Shown piece after piece: positions 45,689 to 57,650 of a stretch of 64,000 nt of DNA. The position numbers and the translations under genes were made by a program. The DNA comes from Escherichia coli (GTDB lineage: Bacteria; Pseudomonadota; Gammaproteobacteria; Enterobacterales; Enterobacteriaceae): NCBI RefSeq assembly GCF_001677475.2, contig NZ_CP015229.1; one strand, written 5' to 3'. The notes beneath the pieces are model-generated. The model made no database searches and had not been told where the DNA came from. It worked only from the letters and a program-made list of their open reading frames with translations. How positions within the stretch are numbered: the stretch's first letter is position 1; every line of letters begins with the position of its first letter.

Positions 45689-47191
45689 GTGTCCACTGCA
45701 AACCAAAAACCAACTGAAAGCGTCAGTTTGAACGCTTTCAAACAACCGAAGGCGTTCTATCTCATCTTCTCGATTGAGTTATGGGAACGTTTTGGTTATT
45801 ACGGCCTACAAGGAATTATGGCTGTTTACCTGGTTAAACAACTGGGTATGTCTGAAGCGGATTCAATCACCCTTTTCTCTTCCTTTAGTGCCCTGGTTTA
45901 TGGTCTGGTCGCTATCGGCGGCTGGTTAGGTGACAAGGTACTGGGTACTAAACGCGTAATTATGCTTGGCGCTATTGTGCTGGCGATTGGTTATGCTCTG
46001 GTTGCCTGGTCTGGTCACGACGCCGGTATCGTTTATATGGGTATGGCGGCTATTGCGGTCGGTAACGGCCTGTTTAAAGCTAACCCGTCTTCTCTGCTTT
46101 CTACATGCTATGAGAAAAACGACCCGCGTCTGGACGGTGCATTCACCATGTACTACATGTCCGTCAACATCGGCTCTTTCTTCTCTATGATCGCCACCCC
46201 GTGGCTGGCCGCGAAATACGGCTGGAGTGTTGCGTTTGCGTTGAGCGTTGTAGGCCTGCTGATCACTATCGTTAACTTCGCCTTCTGCCAACGCTGGGTT
46301 AAACAGTACGGTTCAAAACCAGACTTCGAGCCTATCAACTACCGTAACCTGCTGCTGACCATTATTGGTGTTGTGGCACTGATCGCTATCGCCACCTGGC
46401 TGCTGCACAATCAGGAAGTTGCGCGTATGGCGCTGGGCGTTGTTGCCTTTGGTATCGTGGTTATCTTCGGTAAAGAAGCCTTCGCGATGAAAGGTGCTGC
46501 GCGTCGTAAAATGATCGTTGCCTTCATCCTGATGCTCGAAGCCATTATCTTCTTCGTGCTGTACAGCCAGATGCCAACGTCACTGAACTTCTTTGCGATT
46601 CGTAACGTTGAACACACCATTCTGGGCCTGGCCGTAGAACCTGAGCAGTATCAGGCACTGAATCCGTTCTGGATCATCATTGGTAGCCCGATTCTGGCCG
46701 CTATCTATAACAAGATGGGCGATACCCTGCCGATGCCAACTAAGTTTGCAATCGGTATGGTGATGTGTTCTGGTGCGTTCCTGATTCTGCCGCTGGGTGC
46801 GAAATTCGCGTCTGACGCAGGTATCGTGTCTGTAAGCTGGCTGGTCGCGAGCTATGGCCTGCAGAGTATCGGGGAACTGATGATCTCTGGTCTGGGTCTG
46901 GCAATGGTTGCACAACTCGTTCCGCAGCGTCTGATGGGCTTCATTATGGGTAGCTGGTTCCTGACCACTGCCGGTGCAAACCTGATTGGTGGTTATGTTG
47001 CGGGTATGATGGCTGTGCCGGATAACGTTACCGATCCGCTGATGTCACTGGAAGTCTATGGTCGCGTATTCTTGCAGATTGGTGTCGCTACTGCCGTTAT
47101 TGCAGTACTGATGCTGCTCACCGCGCCGAAACTGCACCGCATGACGCAGGATGACGCTGCAGACAAAGCGGCGAAAGCTGCTGTAGCGTAA
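45689..47191 (+). CDS. dtpA: Proton-dependent di/tripeptide permease (POT family)
   Basis: ORF track 500 aa, GTG start. Confidence 0.95.
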
Positions 47192-47213
47192 AATTCAGGG
47201 AAACTCTTTTACA

Positions 47214-47247
47214 AGCCGCTAACTTTTCGTTAGCGGCTTTTTTTTTG
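47214..47247 (+). terminator. Rho-independent terminator after dtpA (AGCCGCTAA-loop-TTAGCGGCT + T9)
   Basis: Strong hairpin and T-tract. Confidence 0.75.
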
Positions 47248-47296
47248 TTCAGCAACGCACTACCATACTTTAAACCACAGACAAAAGGAGTTACCG

Positions 47297-47902
47297 ATGA
47301 AATTGTTCTACAAACCGGGTGCCTGCTCTCTCGCTTCCCATATCACCCTGCGTGAGAGCGGAAAGGATTTTACGCTCGTCAGTGTGGATTTAATGAAAAA
47401 ACGTCTCGAAAACGGTGACGATTACTTTGCCGTTAACCCTAAGGGACAGGTGCCTGCATTGCTGCTGGACGATGGTACTTTGCTGACGGAAGGCGTAGCA
47501 ATTATGCAGTATCTTGCCGACAGCGTCCCCGACCGCCAGTTGCTGGCACCGGTAAACAGTATTTCCCGCTATAAAACCATCGAATGGCTGAATTACATCG
47601 CCACCGAGCTGCATAAAGGCTTCACACCTCTGTTTCGCCCTGATACACCGGAAGAGTACAAATCAACAGTTCGCGCGCAGCTGGAGAAAAAGCTGCAATA
47701 TGTGAACGATGCTCTGAAGGATGAGCACTGGATCTGCGGGCAACGATTTACAATTGCTGATGCCTATCTGTTTACGGTTCTGCGCTGGGCATACGCGGTG
47801 AAACTGAATCTGGAAGGGTTAGAGCACATTGCGGCATTTATGCAACGTATGGCTGAACGTCCGGAAGTACAAGACGCGCTGTCAGCGGAAGGCTTAAAGT
47901 AA
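47297..47902 (+). CDS. gstA: Glutathione S-transferase
   Basis: ORF track 201 aa. Confidence 0.95.
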   Translation: MKLFYKPGACSLASHITLRESGKDFTLVSVDLMKKRLENGDDYFAVNPKGQVPALLLDDGTLLTEGVAIMQYLADSVPDRQLLAPVNSISRYKTIEWLNYIATELHKGFTPLFRPDTPEEYKSTVRAQLEKKLQYVNDALKDEHWICGQRFTIADAYLFTVLRWAYAVKLNLEGLEHIAAFMQRMAERPEVQDALSAEGLK

Positions 47903-47945
47903 TAGCCATCGGCCCACAGGTCGTTGTGGGCCGAAATGAGATATT

Positions 47946-48809
47946 TCAGAGCTTTGTTGCGCTGAAGTAATGTTCTGGTTTGGCAATACGATCCTGAGCA
48001 GCCACCACTTGCAGCTCATATTCCTGCATTGCTTTGGTGGTCACCATGATTTCGTAGACTGCAGCGGTCACATGTTCCAGGGCCTCCTGCAGCGTTGCCC
48101 CCTGAAGCAGTTTCACCAGCAGTAAACCGCTCGTCACATCACCAACACCTACCGGCTGGCGCATACCAAAATCCACCAGCGGACGGCTGATATGCCAGGC
48201 TTCATCGGCGGTGACCAGCAACATTTCAAAACGGTCACGGCTGTAGCCAGCTCGCGCCAGGTGTTTAACCAACACAATTTGCGGCCCTTGCGCAATGAGT
48301 TCGCGCGCTGCCAGAACCGCTTCTTCGACATTATTTACCGGATGCTCACAGAGTATTTCCAGCTCAACCAGATTCGGCGCAATGATATCGCTGGCAGGCA
48401 AACCGTGCCGTACATGAAACTCTGCGACGCCCGGTGCCACGATACAGCCTTTTTCCGGATGACCCATTACCGGATCGCAAAAATATTTCGCCTGCGGATT
48501 CGCTGCTTTCACCTGACGGACGATACCGAGGATATGTTCACCCTGCTCCGCCGATCCCAGATAGCCACTTAATACGGCATCACAGGTGTGTAATTTATCA
48601 ATGGCGGCAATGCCTTGCACAATTTCGGTTAAATGGCTGGGCGGCATCACGCAGCCAGTCCATTTGCCGTATTGGGTGTGATTAGAAAATTGAACGGTGT
48701 TCAGCGGCCAGACGTTCGCGCCCAGGCGGCGCATCGGAAACTCTGCCGCACTGTTACCCGCATGACCATAAACAACGTGAGACTGGATAGCGAGAATATT
48801 TTTCATCAT
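47946..48809 (-). CDS. pdxY: Pyridoxal kinase 2
   Basis: ORF track 287 aa. Confidence 0.9.
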   Translation of the reverse strand: MMKNILAIQSHVVYGHAGNSAAEFPMRRLGANVWPLNTVQFSNHTQYGKWTGCVMPPSHLTEIVQGIAAIDKLHTCDAVLSGYLGSAEQGEHILGIVRQVKAANPQAKYFCDPVMGHPEKGCIVAPGVAEFHVRHGLPASDIIAPNLVELEILCEHPVNNVEEAVLAARELIAQGPQIVLVKHLARAGYSRDRFEMLLVTADEAWHISRPLVDFGMRQPVGVGDVTSGLLLVKLLQGATLQEALEHVTAAVYEIMVTTKAMQEYELQVVAAQDRIAKPEHYFSATKL

Positions 48810-48868
48810 GTTCCCTGTATAAAAACCAGGGGGAGTGATTTCTCACTCCCCCCTTTCCACTTAATGCA

Positions 48869-50143
48869 TTATTTCCAGCAAATCAGACAGTAATTCTTTT
48901 TGCCGCGACGCAGTAAGGTAAAACGACCAAACAGACGATCTTCTTCTTTAAAGAAGTATTCAGGATCGGACTGTTTTTCACCGTTAATGGTGATGGCATT
49001 GGAGGCGATAGTTTTACGCGCCTGACCACGGGAAGGTTGCAGTTCAGAATCGACCAGCGCCTGCATCAGGTCTGCGCCTTTTTCCATCTCAACCATCGGT
49101 ACGCCGTCCTGCGCCAGCTGTTCGAAGTCCGCTTCACTCAGCGCACTCAAGGAACCGCTGAACAGGCATTCGGTAATACGTTTTGCCGCCTGCAAACCTT
49201 CTTCACCATGCACCAGACGTGTCACCTGTTCCGCCAGTACATACTGGGCGCGCGGTGCTTTACCACTGTTTTTATCTTCTTCTTCCAGGGCGTTGATCTC
49301 TTCAATGCTCATGAAGGTGAAGAACTTCAGGAAGCGGTAAACGTCGGCATCCGCAGTGTTAATCCAGAACTGGTAGAATTTGTACGGGCTGGTTTTCTTC
49401 GGATCCAACCAGACTGCGCCGCCTTCAGTTTTACCAAATTTGGTGCCGTCTGCTTTGGTGATCAGCGGAACGGTCAGGCCAAACACCTGATTCTGATGCA
49501 GACGACGGGTCAGGTCGATACCAGAAGTGATGTTACCCCACTGGTCAGAACCACCAATTTGCAGCACCACACCGTACTGTTTGTTCAGACAGGCGAAGTC
49601 ATAACCCTGCAACAGGTTGTAGGAAAACTCAGTGAACGAAATCCCCTGATCTTCACGGTTGAGACGCTGCTTAACCGCTTCTTTGTTGATCATCTGGTTA
49701 ACGGAGAAGTGTTTGCCAATATCGCGCAGGAAGGTCAGCACATTCATATTGCCGAACCAGTCATAGTTGTTCGCCGCGATAGCAGAGTTTTCTCCACAGT
49801 CGAAATCGAGGAACGGGGCAACCTGCTTGCGGATTTTGTCCACCCATTCCTGAACAGTTTCTTCGGTGTTCAGCTTACGCTCAGCAGCTTTGAAGCTCGG
49901 GTCGCCAATCAGACCCGTCGCGCCGCCTACCAGCGCAACCGGCTTGTGGCCCGCCTGCTGGAAGCGTTTCAGGCATAACAATGGAACAAGATGCCCCAAA
50001 TGCAAGCTGTCAGCGGTAGGATCGAAGCCGCAATAGAGCGCGATCGGGCCTTGCGCCAGTCGCTCTGCTAACGCTTCCTCGTCCGTCACCTGGGCTACCA
50101 GCCCCCGCTCTTGCAATTGTTTAATCAAGTTACTGCTTGCCAT
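48869..50143 (-). CDS. tyrS: Tyrosyl-tRNA synthetase
   Basis: ORF track 48869..50155; HIGH (HLGH) and KMSKS-like (KFGKT) motifs; start likely MASSNLIKQ (424 aa). Confidence 0.95.
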
Positions 50144-50271
50144 CAAAATCTCCATGTATATAACGACTGCACCTTTGCCGGTACACGACTTTTCGCCAGA
50201 TGCGAAAGAGACATAGAATAAAGTGCCAGAATCAGGAGTACCAGCGATTAAAGCAAGATTTTTGCATCTTT

Positions 50272-50928
50272 TCAGGGGGCAAGACGATCAATCTTCCACG
50301 CATCATTTTCACGCTGGTACAAAAAGCGGTCATGCAGGCGATGCTCACCGCCCTGCCAGAACTCAATCTGTTCAAGGCTGACGCGAAAACCGCCCCAAAA
50401 ACTCGGCAATGGCACTTCGCCCTGTTGAAACTTCTGCTTCAGCTCCAGGAATTTACTTTCAAGGATACCGCGGGCAGAAATGCGACTGGACTGCTTCGAA
50501 ACCCATGCACCAATCTGGCTATCACGTGGGCGACTATGAAAATATTTCATCACTTCGAGAGTCGAAAGTCGTTCCGCTTTACCGATCACCATCACCTGGC
50601 GCTCAAGGGTATGCCACGGGAACAGCAGGCTAACGCGCGGATTATTTTCGATTTGATGTGCTTTACGGCTGCCGAGGTTGGTGTAAAACACCATGCCTTT
50701 TTCGTCGTAATGTTTGAGTAAAACGATGCGCTGATAAGGCTGACCATGTTCATCCACGGTAGCGACCACCATCGCGGTAGGGTCCGCCAGTTTGGCTTCA
50801 CAAGCCTGAGAGAGCCAGCGTTCAAAAAGGGTTAATGGCTCGGCAGGAAGATCGCGGCGGCGTAACCCGCCTTTGGTGTATTCACGGCGCAGATGCGCGA
50901 TTTGCTGCAATTCGTCGTTATCAGACAT
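50272..50928 (-). CDS. pdxH: Pyridoxine/pyridoxamine 5'-phosphate oxidase
   Basis: ORF track 218 aa. Confidence 0.95.
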
Positions 50929-50986
50929 GGTTTTCTTTACGGATTGTCAGTGGGTGACGCTATTGTGCGCCGCCCCTGGAAAAATC

Positions 50987-51316
50987 TCAACGCTGTGGAT
51001 TTTGTAACTGACAGTTATTCAAGACGATGCGGTCACGTTTATAGACAGTCGCTTCCTCGCCTTTCGACCAGAAAACATAGATTCCGTCAGTGTAACGCGC
51101 GCCAGAGGCTGAAATGCCCTGTTTGAGATGCAGTAGTTGATTATCGTATACAAAACTGACCTCCTGGCGCGGATTATTCAGTTTGACCGTCAACGGTTTT
51201 TCATCACACTGGTATTCCAGCGTATCGGTTTGCATGCGCTCAACCAGCTGATTGAACGCGCTACAGCCGGTGAGAAGCACCGGCAAACAGATCAGTAACA
51301 GTTTTTTCATAGACAT
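50987..51316 (-). CDS. mliC: Membrane-bound lysozyme inhibitor of C-type lysozyme (lipoprotein)
   Basis: ORF track 109 aa with lipobox LTGC. Confidence 0.9.
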   Translation of the reverse strand: MSMKKLLLICLPVLLTGCSAFNQLVERMQTDTLEYQCDEKPLTVKLNNPRQEVSFVYDNQLLHLKQGISASGARYTDGIYVFWSKGEEATVYKRDRIVLNNCQLQNPQR

Positions 51317-51413
51317 ATCCCGAAGACTTTCCTGGTCTGGAGGGCAATACGCCCTCCCTAACGTTCCAAGTGTAACGGCAGACGCGGTAAGAAAAATTCA
51401 GTTAACTCTGATA

Positions 51414-52517
51414 TCACGGGTTAGCGGGGAAAATAGCCCCGAGTACCGTCTCCTGGCTTGCGCCAGTGACGGAAGGCAGATTTCCTGGTAATCCCGCAAG
51501 CGTCCGCCAGGCAAGCCAGGCGAAAGCCAATGCTTCCATGTCATCGCCACTAATGCCAACGGCATCGGTGGTGGTGACTTCTGTGCCTGGCAGTAATGCC
51601 GCCAGACGCGCCATGAGTAGCGGATTACGACTTCCTCCACCACATACCATCAATCGTTCGCAGCCACCGCTCAACAAAACTTGTTCAGAAATGGTCACGG
51701 CGGTGAGTTCTGCCAGTGTCGCCTGTACATCTCGGGGATCAACACCCGGAAAATGGCGCAAATGGCGCTCCAGCCAACCGTAGTTAAAGTATTCGCGTCC
51801 GGTGCTTTTCGGTGCAGGTTGCGAGAAATACGGGTCGCTAAGCATATTTTGCAGCAGTGGGAGAATGACTTTACCCGCCCGTGCCCACTCGGCATCTTTA
51901 TCGTAAGGTTTACCGGCCTGACGCCAGATCCAGGCATCCATCAGCATGTTACCAGGGCCGGTATCGTAGCCCCCTACCGGCTGCCCAGGAATGAGCAGTG
52001 ACAGATTGGCGATGCCGCCAATATTGAGCACCATTCGTCGCTCGGTTGGGTGAGCCAGCAGCGCATGATGGAACGCAGGTACCAGCGGTGCGCCTTGTCC
52101 TCCCAAGGCAATATCGCGACGGCGAAAATCACCGACAACCGTAATTCCGGTGCGTGCCACAATTTGATTGTTATCGCCAATCTGTAAAGTGTGTGGTGCC
52201 ACGCCCGTCGGTTCATGCCAGACGGTTTGACCGTGACAGCCGATCGCAACGATATCTCTCGCCTGCAGGTTTTGTTCCTTAAGCAAGGCATTGACCGCAT
52301 CAGCAAAAAGTCGCCCGAGTTGAGTATCAAGCTGTCCAAACTGCGTAAGCTGCTGGCCCTGGCAAATATCCAGTACAGCCTGTTTCAGAGACACCGGGAT
52401 CGGCCAGCTCAAACTTGCCAGCTGTGCGACCCGGTGTTCATCAATTGTCGCCAACACAACATCAACACCATCAAGGCTGGTGCCTGACATAACGCCAATA
52501 AAGCGGCCCGATTTCAT
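51414..52517 (-). CDS. anmK: Anhydro-N-acetylmuramic acid kinase
   Basis: ORF track 367 aa. Confidence 0.9.
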   Translation of the reverse strand: MKSGRFIGVMSGTSLDGVDVVLATIDEHRVAQLASLSWPIPVSLKQAVLDICQGQQLTQFGQLDTQLGRLFADAVNALLKEQNLQARDIVAIGCHGQTVWHEPTGVAPHTLQIGDNNQIVARTGITVVGDFRRRDIALGGQGAPLVPAFHHALLAHPTERRMVLNIGGIANLSLLIPGQPVGGYDTGPGNMLMDAWIWRQAGKPYDKDAEWARAGKVILPLLQNMLSDPYFSQPAPKSTGREYFNYGWLERHLRHFPGVDPRDVQATLAELTAVTISEQVLLSGGCERLMVCGGGSRNPLLMARLAALLPGTEVTTTDAVGISGDDMEALAFAWLAWRTLAGLPGNLPSVTGASQETVLGAIFPANP

Positions 52518-52650
52518 AGTTCATCCTTTTTCAATCTGACGTTTGCGCACCACTCAAACATAAACTTTTCGTGAATACCATGCGGAATGACCGATTTTTA
52601 CCGTTGGTAGTAAAACATTATCTTCAAATCAATAATCATCATGAATGTTT

Positions 52651-52667
52651 TGTTTATAATTGGTTGA
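52651..52667 (+). promoter_or_regulatory. PhoP-box-like direct repeat TGTTTA-N5-GGTTGA upstream of slyB
   Basis: Fits (T/G)GTTTA-N5-(T/G)GTTTA at 11/12 positions; slyB is a known PhoP-activated gene. Confidence 0.45.
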
Positions 52668-52790
52668 TCCTACTTTCATTATGATTTGCTCATATTTGGT
52701 AGAACATGTAACCATGGATTCACATATGCCATATACTTTGACCATGAGGGATGCTTGCGTGGCGTTTCATGGTGAACAGGAGATTTTTCA

Positions 52791-53258
52791 ATGATTAAAC
52801 GCGTATTGGTTGTTTCAATGGTAGGTCTGTCTCTTGTCGGTTGTGTTAATAACGACACCCTGTCAGGGGATGTTTATACCGCTTCTGAAGCGAAACAAGT
52901 ACAGAATGTCAGCTATGGCACCATCGTTAACGTACGTCCGGTACAGATTCAGGGCGGTGATGATTCCAACGTTATCGGCGCAATTGGCGGTGCTGTTCTT
53001 GGTGGTTTCCTGGGGAATACTGTTGGTGGCGGAACCGGGCGTTCTCTGGCTACTGCAGCAGGCGCTGTTGCAGGTGGCGTAGCCGGTCAGGGCGTACAGA
53101 GTGCAATGAACAAAACGCAGGGTGTCGAGCTGGAAATTCGTAAAGACGATGGTAATACCATCATGGTGGTACAGAAACAAGGCAACACTCGTTTCTCTCC
53201 GGGCCAACGTGTCGTACTGGCCAGCAATGGCAGTCAGGTGACCGTTTCTCCGCGCTAA
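52791..53258 (+). CDS. slyB: Outer membrane lipoprotein SlyB (glycine-zipper)
   Basis: ORF track 155 aa; lipobox LVGC; Gly-rich segment. Confidence 0.95.
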   Translation: MIKRVLVVSMVGLSLVGCVNNDTLSGDVYTASEAKQVQNVSYGTIVNVRPVQIQGGDDSNVIGAIGGAVLGGFLGNTVGGGTGRSLATAAGAVAGGVAGQGVQSAMNKTQGVELEIRKDDGNTIMVVQKQGNTRFSPGQRVVLASNGSQVTVSPR

Positions 53259-53266
53259 ATAAGTTT

Positions 53267-53294
53267 GCGTGTGGTCAGGTTACTGACCACACGC
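53267..53294. terminator. Hairpin GCGTGTGGTCAG-GTTA-CTGACCACACGC between convergent slyB and slyA
   Basis: 12-bp perfect stem read from sequence. Confidence 0.55.
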
Positions 53295-53304
53295 CCCCTT
53301 CATT

Positions 53305-53745
53305 TCACCCTTTGGCCTGTAACTCAATGATATTATGCTCAAGTTTTGCGATGAGCGTAATCAGTTGTTCCAGTTCCTCTGCGGAGATGCCATGTAAGAT
53401 TTCCGCGCGGGTTTTGTTAATAACAGCTTCCATTTCGCTGATCAGTGGCTCTGCCTTTTCCGTCAGTTTAATACGTTTAGCCCGACGATCGCTGGCACAA
53501 GTTTGACGCGAAATTAACCCTTTTTCTTCCAGTTGGTCCAGAGTACGGACCAGTGATGGCTGCTCGATGCCAATCGCTTTTGCCAGTTGAATTTGCGACT
53601 GGTCTGGAGGTAACTGATGGATATTGTGTAACGTAACCCAATGGGTTTGTGTTAACTCCAGCGGTTTCAGGCGATGGTCTATCAGAGCACGCCATATGCG
53701 CACCAACCGTGCCAGATCAGAACCTAGTGGCGATTCCAATTTCAT
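53305..53745 (-). CDS. slyA: MarR-family transcriptional regulator SlyA
   Basis: ORF track 146 aa; true start may be the TTG at 53737..53739 (144 aa). Confidence 0.9.
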
Positions 53746-53755
53746 CTCCTTATAA

Positions 53756-53767
53756 TTAGCTTGCTAA
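53756..53767 (-). promoter_or_regulatory. SlyA box TTAGCAAGCTAA (exact consensus on minus strand) immediately upstream of slyA start
   Basis: Read from sequence; established SlyA recognition consensus. Confidence 0.6.
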
Positions 53768-53939
53768 GATATTATGCGGCTTTTAGAATAGTGTGCAGCA
53801 ATTGTATTGCTAAAACAAATGTATTGCTGCATTTGGTTACCGTCAGACATATTTTTCAGAAATTGCGCGTAAATTTTTCGCACTTAAAGAATATTTATTA
53901 ATCTAACGCAATATATTCGGTCGTAAAGGAATCTACTTT

Positions 53940-54176
53940 GTGAAGTTTATGCTCAATGCAACAGGATTGCCCTTACAAGATCTGGTGTTCGGTGCGTCCG
54001 TCTATTTTCCTCCGTTTTTCAAAGCCTTCGCGTTTGGATTCGTCATCTGGCTTGTCGTACACCGCCTGCTTCGTGGCTGGATCTACGCCGGTGACATCTG
54101 GCATCCCTTGTTAATGGATTTATCGCTGTTTGCGATTTGCGTTTGCCTTGCTCTGGCAATACTGATTGCGTGGTAA
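53940..54176 (+). CDS. ydhI: Small inner membrane protein (DUF1656), AaeX-like
   Basis: ORF track 78 aa, GTG start. Confidence 0.85.
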
Positions 54177-54178
54177 CT

Positions 54179-55036
54179 ATGTCAATTAAAACAATTAAGT
54201 ATTTCTCAACAATTATTGTAGCGGTAGTTGCGGTTCTTGCCGGATGGTGGCTGTGGAATTATTACATGCAATCTCCGTGGACACGCGACGGGAAAATACG
54301 CGCAGAACAGGTTTCTATCACCCCACAGGTGTCGGGACGTATTGTTGAGCTGAATATAAAAGACAACCAACTGGTTAACGCGGGGGATCTTCTGCTCACG
54401 ATCGATAAAACGCCCTTTCAGATCACCGAGCTGAATGCACAGGCTCAGCTGGCGAAAGCGCAATCTGACCTCGCAAAAGCCAATAACGAAGCGAATCGTC
54501 GTCGTCATCTCTCACAAAATTTTATTTCTGCCGAAGAACTCGATACCGCTAACCTCAATGTTAAAGCGATGCAGGCCAGTGTTGATGCCGCACAGGCGAC
54601 GCTGAAACAGGCACAATGGCAACTGGCGCAAACGGAAATTCGCGCCCCGGTGAGCGGATGGGTGACTAATCTTACTACCCGCATCGGCGATTACGCTGAC
54701 ACCGGGAAACCGCTGTTTGCTCTTGTCGATAGCCACTCGTTTTACGTCATTGGTTATTTTGAAGAAACCAAGTTGCGCCATATCCGCGAAGGTGCACCAG
54801 CACAAATAACCCTCTATAGTGATAACAAAACGTTACAGGGTCACGTTTCCAGTATCGGTCGGGCGATTTATGATCAGAGCGTTGAAAGTGACTCAAGCCT
54901 TATTCCGGATGTGAAACCTAACGTCCCCTGGGTTCGCCTCGCCCAACGCGTTCCGGTCCGCTTTGCGCTGGATAAAGTCCCAGGCGATGTCACGCTGGTG
55001 TCGGGCACCACCTGTAGCATTGCCGTAGGTCAATAA
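54179..55036 (+). CDS. ydhJ: HlyD-family membrane fusion protein (AaeA-like)
   Basis: ORF track 54137..55036; likely start MSIKTIKYF (285 aa). Confidence 0.85.
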   Translation: MSIKTIKYFSTIIVAVVAVLAGWWLWNYYMQSPWTRDGKIRAEQVSITPQVSGRIVELNIKDNQLVNAGDLLLTIDKTPFQITELNAQAQLAKAQSDLAKANNEANRRRHLSQNFISAEELDTANLNVKAMQASVDAAQATLKQAQWQLAQTEIRAPVSGWVTNLTTRIGDYADTGKPLFALVDSHSFYVIGYFEETKLRHIREGAPAQITLYSDNKTLQGHVSSIGRAIYDQSVESDSSLIPDVKPNVPWVRLAQRVPVRFALDKVPGDVTLVSGTTCSIAVGQ

Positions 55037-57048
55037 TGAACGCATCGTCATGGTCCTTGCGCAATTTGCCCTGGTTCAGGGCCACGCTGGCGCAATGGCG
55101 TTATGCGTTACGCAATACCATTGCCATGTGTCTGGCGCTGACGGTTGCCTATTATTTGAATCTGGATGAGCCCTATTGGGCGATGACCTCGGCTGCAGTG
55201 GTTAGCTTTCCCACCGTTGGCGGTGTCATCAGCAAAAGCCTCGGACGCATCGCTGGCAGTTTACTGGGAGCCATAGCAGCACTGATTCTTGCCGGGCATA
55301 CGCTCAATGAGCCATGGTTTTTTCTATTGAGCATGTCGGCGTGGCTTGGCTTTTGTACCTGGGCCTGTGCGCACTTCACGAATAACGTCGCGTATGCATT
55401 TCAACTGGCGGGCTACACGGCTGCCATCATCGCCTTTCCGATGGTTAATATTACTGAGGCCAGCCAGCTGTGGGATATCGCTCAGGCGCGCGTTTGCGAG
55501 GTGATAGTCGGTATTTTGTGCGGCGGCATGATGATGATGATCCTGCCGAGCAGTTCCGATGCTACAGCCCTTTTAACCGCATTGAAAAACATGCACGCCC
55601 GATTACTGGAACATGCCAGTTTACTCTGGCAGCCTGAAACAACCGATGCCATTCGTGCAGCACATGAGGGGGTGATTGGGCAGATACTGACCATGAATTT
55701 GCTGCGTATCCAGGCTTTCTGGAGCCACTATCGTTTTCGCCAGCAAAACGCGCGCCTTAATGCGCTACTCCACCAGCAATTACGTATGACCAGTGTCATC
55801 TCCAGCCTGCGACGTATGTTGCTCAACTGGCCCTCACCGCCAGGTGCAACACGAGAAATTCTCGAACAGTTGCTGACGGCGCTCGCCAGTTCGCAAACAG
55901 ATGTTTACACCGTCGCACGTATTATCGCCCCGCTACGCCCGACCAACGTCGCCGACTACCGGCACGTCGCCTTCTGGCAGCGACTACGTTATTTTTGCCG
56001 CCTTTATCTGCAAAGTAGTCAGGAATTACATCGTCTGCAAAGCGGTGTGGATGATCATACCAGACTCCCACGGACATCCGGCCTGGCTCGTCATACCGAT
56101 AACGCCGAAGCTATGTGGAGCGGACTGCGTACATTTTGTACGTTGATGATGATTGGCACATGGAGTATTGCTTCGCAATGGGATGCCGGTGCCAATGCAT
56201 TAACGCTGGCAGCAATTAGCTGCGTACTCTACTCCGCCGTCGCAGCTCCATTTAAGTCGTTGTCACTGCTGATGCGCACGCTGGTGTTACTTTCGCTATT
56301 CAGCTTTGTGGTCAAATTTGGCCTGATGGTCCAGATTACCGATCTGTGGCAATTTTTACTGTTTCTCTTTCCACTGCTTGCGACAATGCAGCTTCTTAAA
56401 TTGCAGATGCCCAAATTTGCCGCATTGTGGGGGCAACTGATTGTTTTTATGGGTTCGTTTATCGCTGTCACTAATCCCCCGATGTATGATTTTGCTGATT
56501 TTCTTAACGATAATCTGGCAAAAATCGTTGGCGTTGCGCTGGCGTGGTTAGCGTTCGCCATTCTGCGTCCAGGATCGGATGCTCGTAAAAGTCGCCGTCA
56601 TATTCGCGCGCTGCGCCGGGATTTTGTCGATCAACTAAGCCGCCATCCATCACTGAGTGAAAGCGAATTTGAATCACTCACTTATCATCACGTCAGTCAG
56701 TTGAGTAACAGCCAGGATGCGCTGGCTCGCCGTTGGTTATTACGCTGGGGTGTAGTGCTGCTGAACTGTTCTCATGTTGTCTGGCAATTGCGCGACTGGG
56801 AATCGCGTTCCGATCCGTTATCGCGAGTACGGGATAACTGTATTTCACTGTTGCGCGGAGTGATGAGTGAGCGTGGCGTTCAGCAAAAATCACTGGCGGC
56901 CACACTTGAAGAATTACAGCGAATTTGCGACAGCCTTGCCCGTCATCATCAACCTGCCGCCCGTGAGCTGGCGGCAATTGTCTGGCGGCTGTACTGCTCG
57001 CTTTCGCAACTTGAGCAAGCACAACCGCAAGGTACGCTGGCCTCTTAA
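55036..57048 (+). CDS. ydhK: Fusaric-acid-resistance/AaeB-like (ArAE family) efflux permease
   Basis: ORF track 670 aa. Confidence 0.85.
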   Translation: MNASSWSLRNLPWFRATLAQWRYALRNTIAMCLALTVAYYLNLDEPYWAMTSAAVVSFPTVGGVISKSLGRIAGSLLGAIAALILAGHTLNEPWFFLLSMSAWLGFCTWACAHFTNNVAYAFQLAGYTAAIIAFPMVNITEASQLWDIAQARVCEVIVGILCGGMMMMILPSSSDATALLTALKNMHARLLEHASLLWQPETTDAIRAAHEGVIGQILTMNLLRIQAFWSHYRFRQQNARLNALLHQQLRMTSVISSLRRMLLNWPSPPGATREILEQLLTALASSQTDVYTVARIIAPLRPTNVADYRHVAFWQRLRYFCRLYLQSSQELHRLQSGVDDHTRLPRTSGLARHTDNAEAMWSGLRTFCTLMMIGTWSIASQWDAGANALTLAAISCVLYSAVAAPFKSLSLLMRTLVLLSLFSFVVKFGLMVQITDLWQFLLFLFPLLATMQLLKLQMPKFAALWGQLIVFMGSFIAVTNPPMYDFADFLNDNLAKIVGVALAWLAFAILRPGSDARKSRRHIRALRRDFVDQLSRHPSLSESEFESLTYHHVSQLSNSQDALARRWLLRWGVVLLNCSHVVWQLRDWESRSDPLSRVRDNCISLLRGVMSERGVQQKSLAATLEELQRICDSLARHHQPAARELAAIVWRLYCSLSQLEQAQPQGTLAS

Positions 57049-57570
57049 TTACTTAATTACACCACAGGCATAGCGTTCACCGCCACCGCCCAGCGGTTTA
57101 GGTTGATCGGACATATTATCGCCGCCAACGTGGACCATCAGCGCTTTGTCTTTGATTTCATCCAGTGATTTCAGACGAGGCGCGATGACGGCATCGGTAG
57201 CTTTGCCGTCATTATTGACGACCAGTGCAGGCAGATCGCCTAAATGCCCGGCACCTTCTGGCCCTTCATGTTTACCGGTATTTTGTGGATCAAGATGCCC
57301 GCCTGCGGATTCCGCGGCGCTGGCTTTGCCATCTTTGGTGGCTGGCTGGCAGCTTCCTTTGGCATGAATATGGAAGCCATGTTCACCGGGGGGTAATGCT
57401 TTCAGATCGGGCGAAAACTCCAGACCTTTATCGGTTTCAGTAATGGTGACGCTACCAATTGACTGCCCAACCCCTTGCGACGTGACGAGGTTCATCTCGA
57501 CTTTTTCACTGGCAGCTTGTGCGCCGGTCGCAACAACCAGCGCCAGAATGGCCAGACTAAAACGTTTCAT
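57049..57570 (-). CDS. sodC: Periplasmic Cu,Zn superoxide dismutase
   Basis: ORF track 57049..57621; start likely MKRFSLAILALVVATGAQA (173 aa); His-rich Cu/Zn ligand motifs. Confidence 0.95.
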   Translation of the reverse strand: MKRFSLAILALVVATGAQAASEKVEMNLVTSQGVGQSIGSVTITETDKGLEFSPDLKALPPGEHGFHIHAKGSCQPATKDGKASAAESAGGHLDPQNTGKHEGPEGAGHLGDLPALVVNNDGKATDAVIAPRLKSLDEIKDKALMVHVGGDNMSDQPKPLGGGGERYACGVIK

Positions 57571-57650
57571 AGGACCTCCGTTCATTGTGCATTCCTGAAT
57601 AAGTGTAAACCAGTGACACATTTTTGAACGGCGGCTATTCCTAAAAGTGC

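Noticed and set aside
47909-47934. Hairpin TCGGCCCACA-N6-TGTGGGCCGA between gstA and pdxY as a rho-independent terminator
   Set aside because: The stem is convincing but there is no T-tract on either strand; kept only as a possible RNA structure, not annotated as a terminator.
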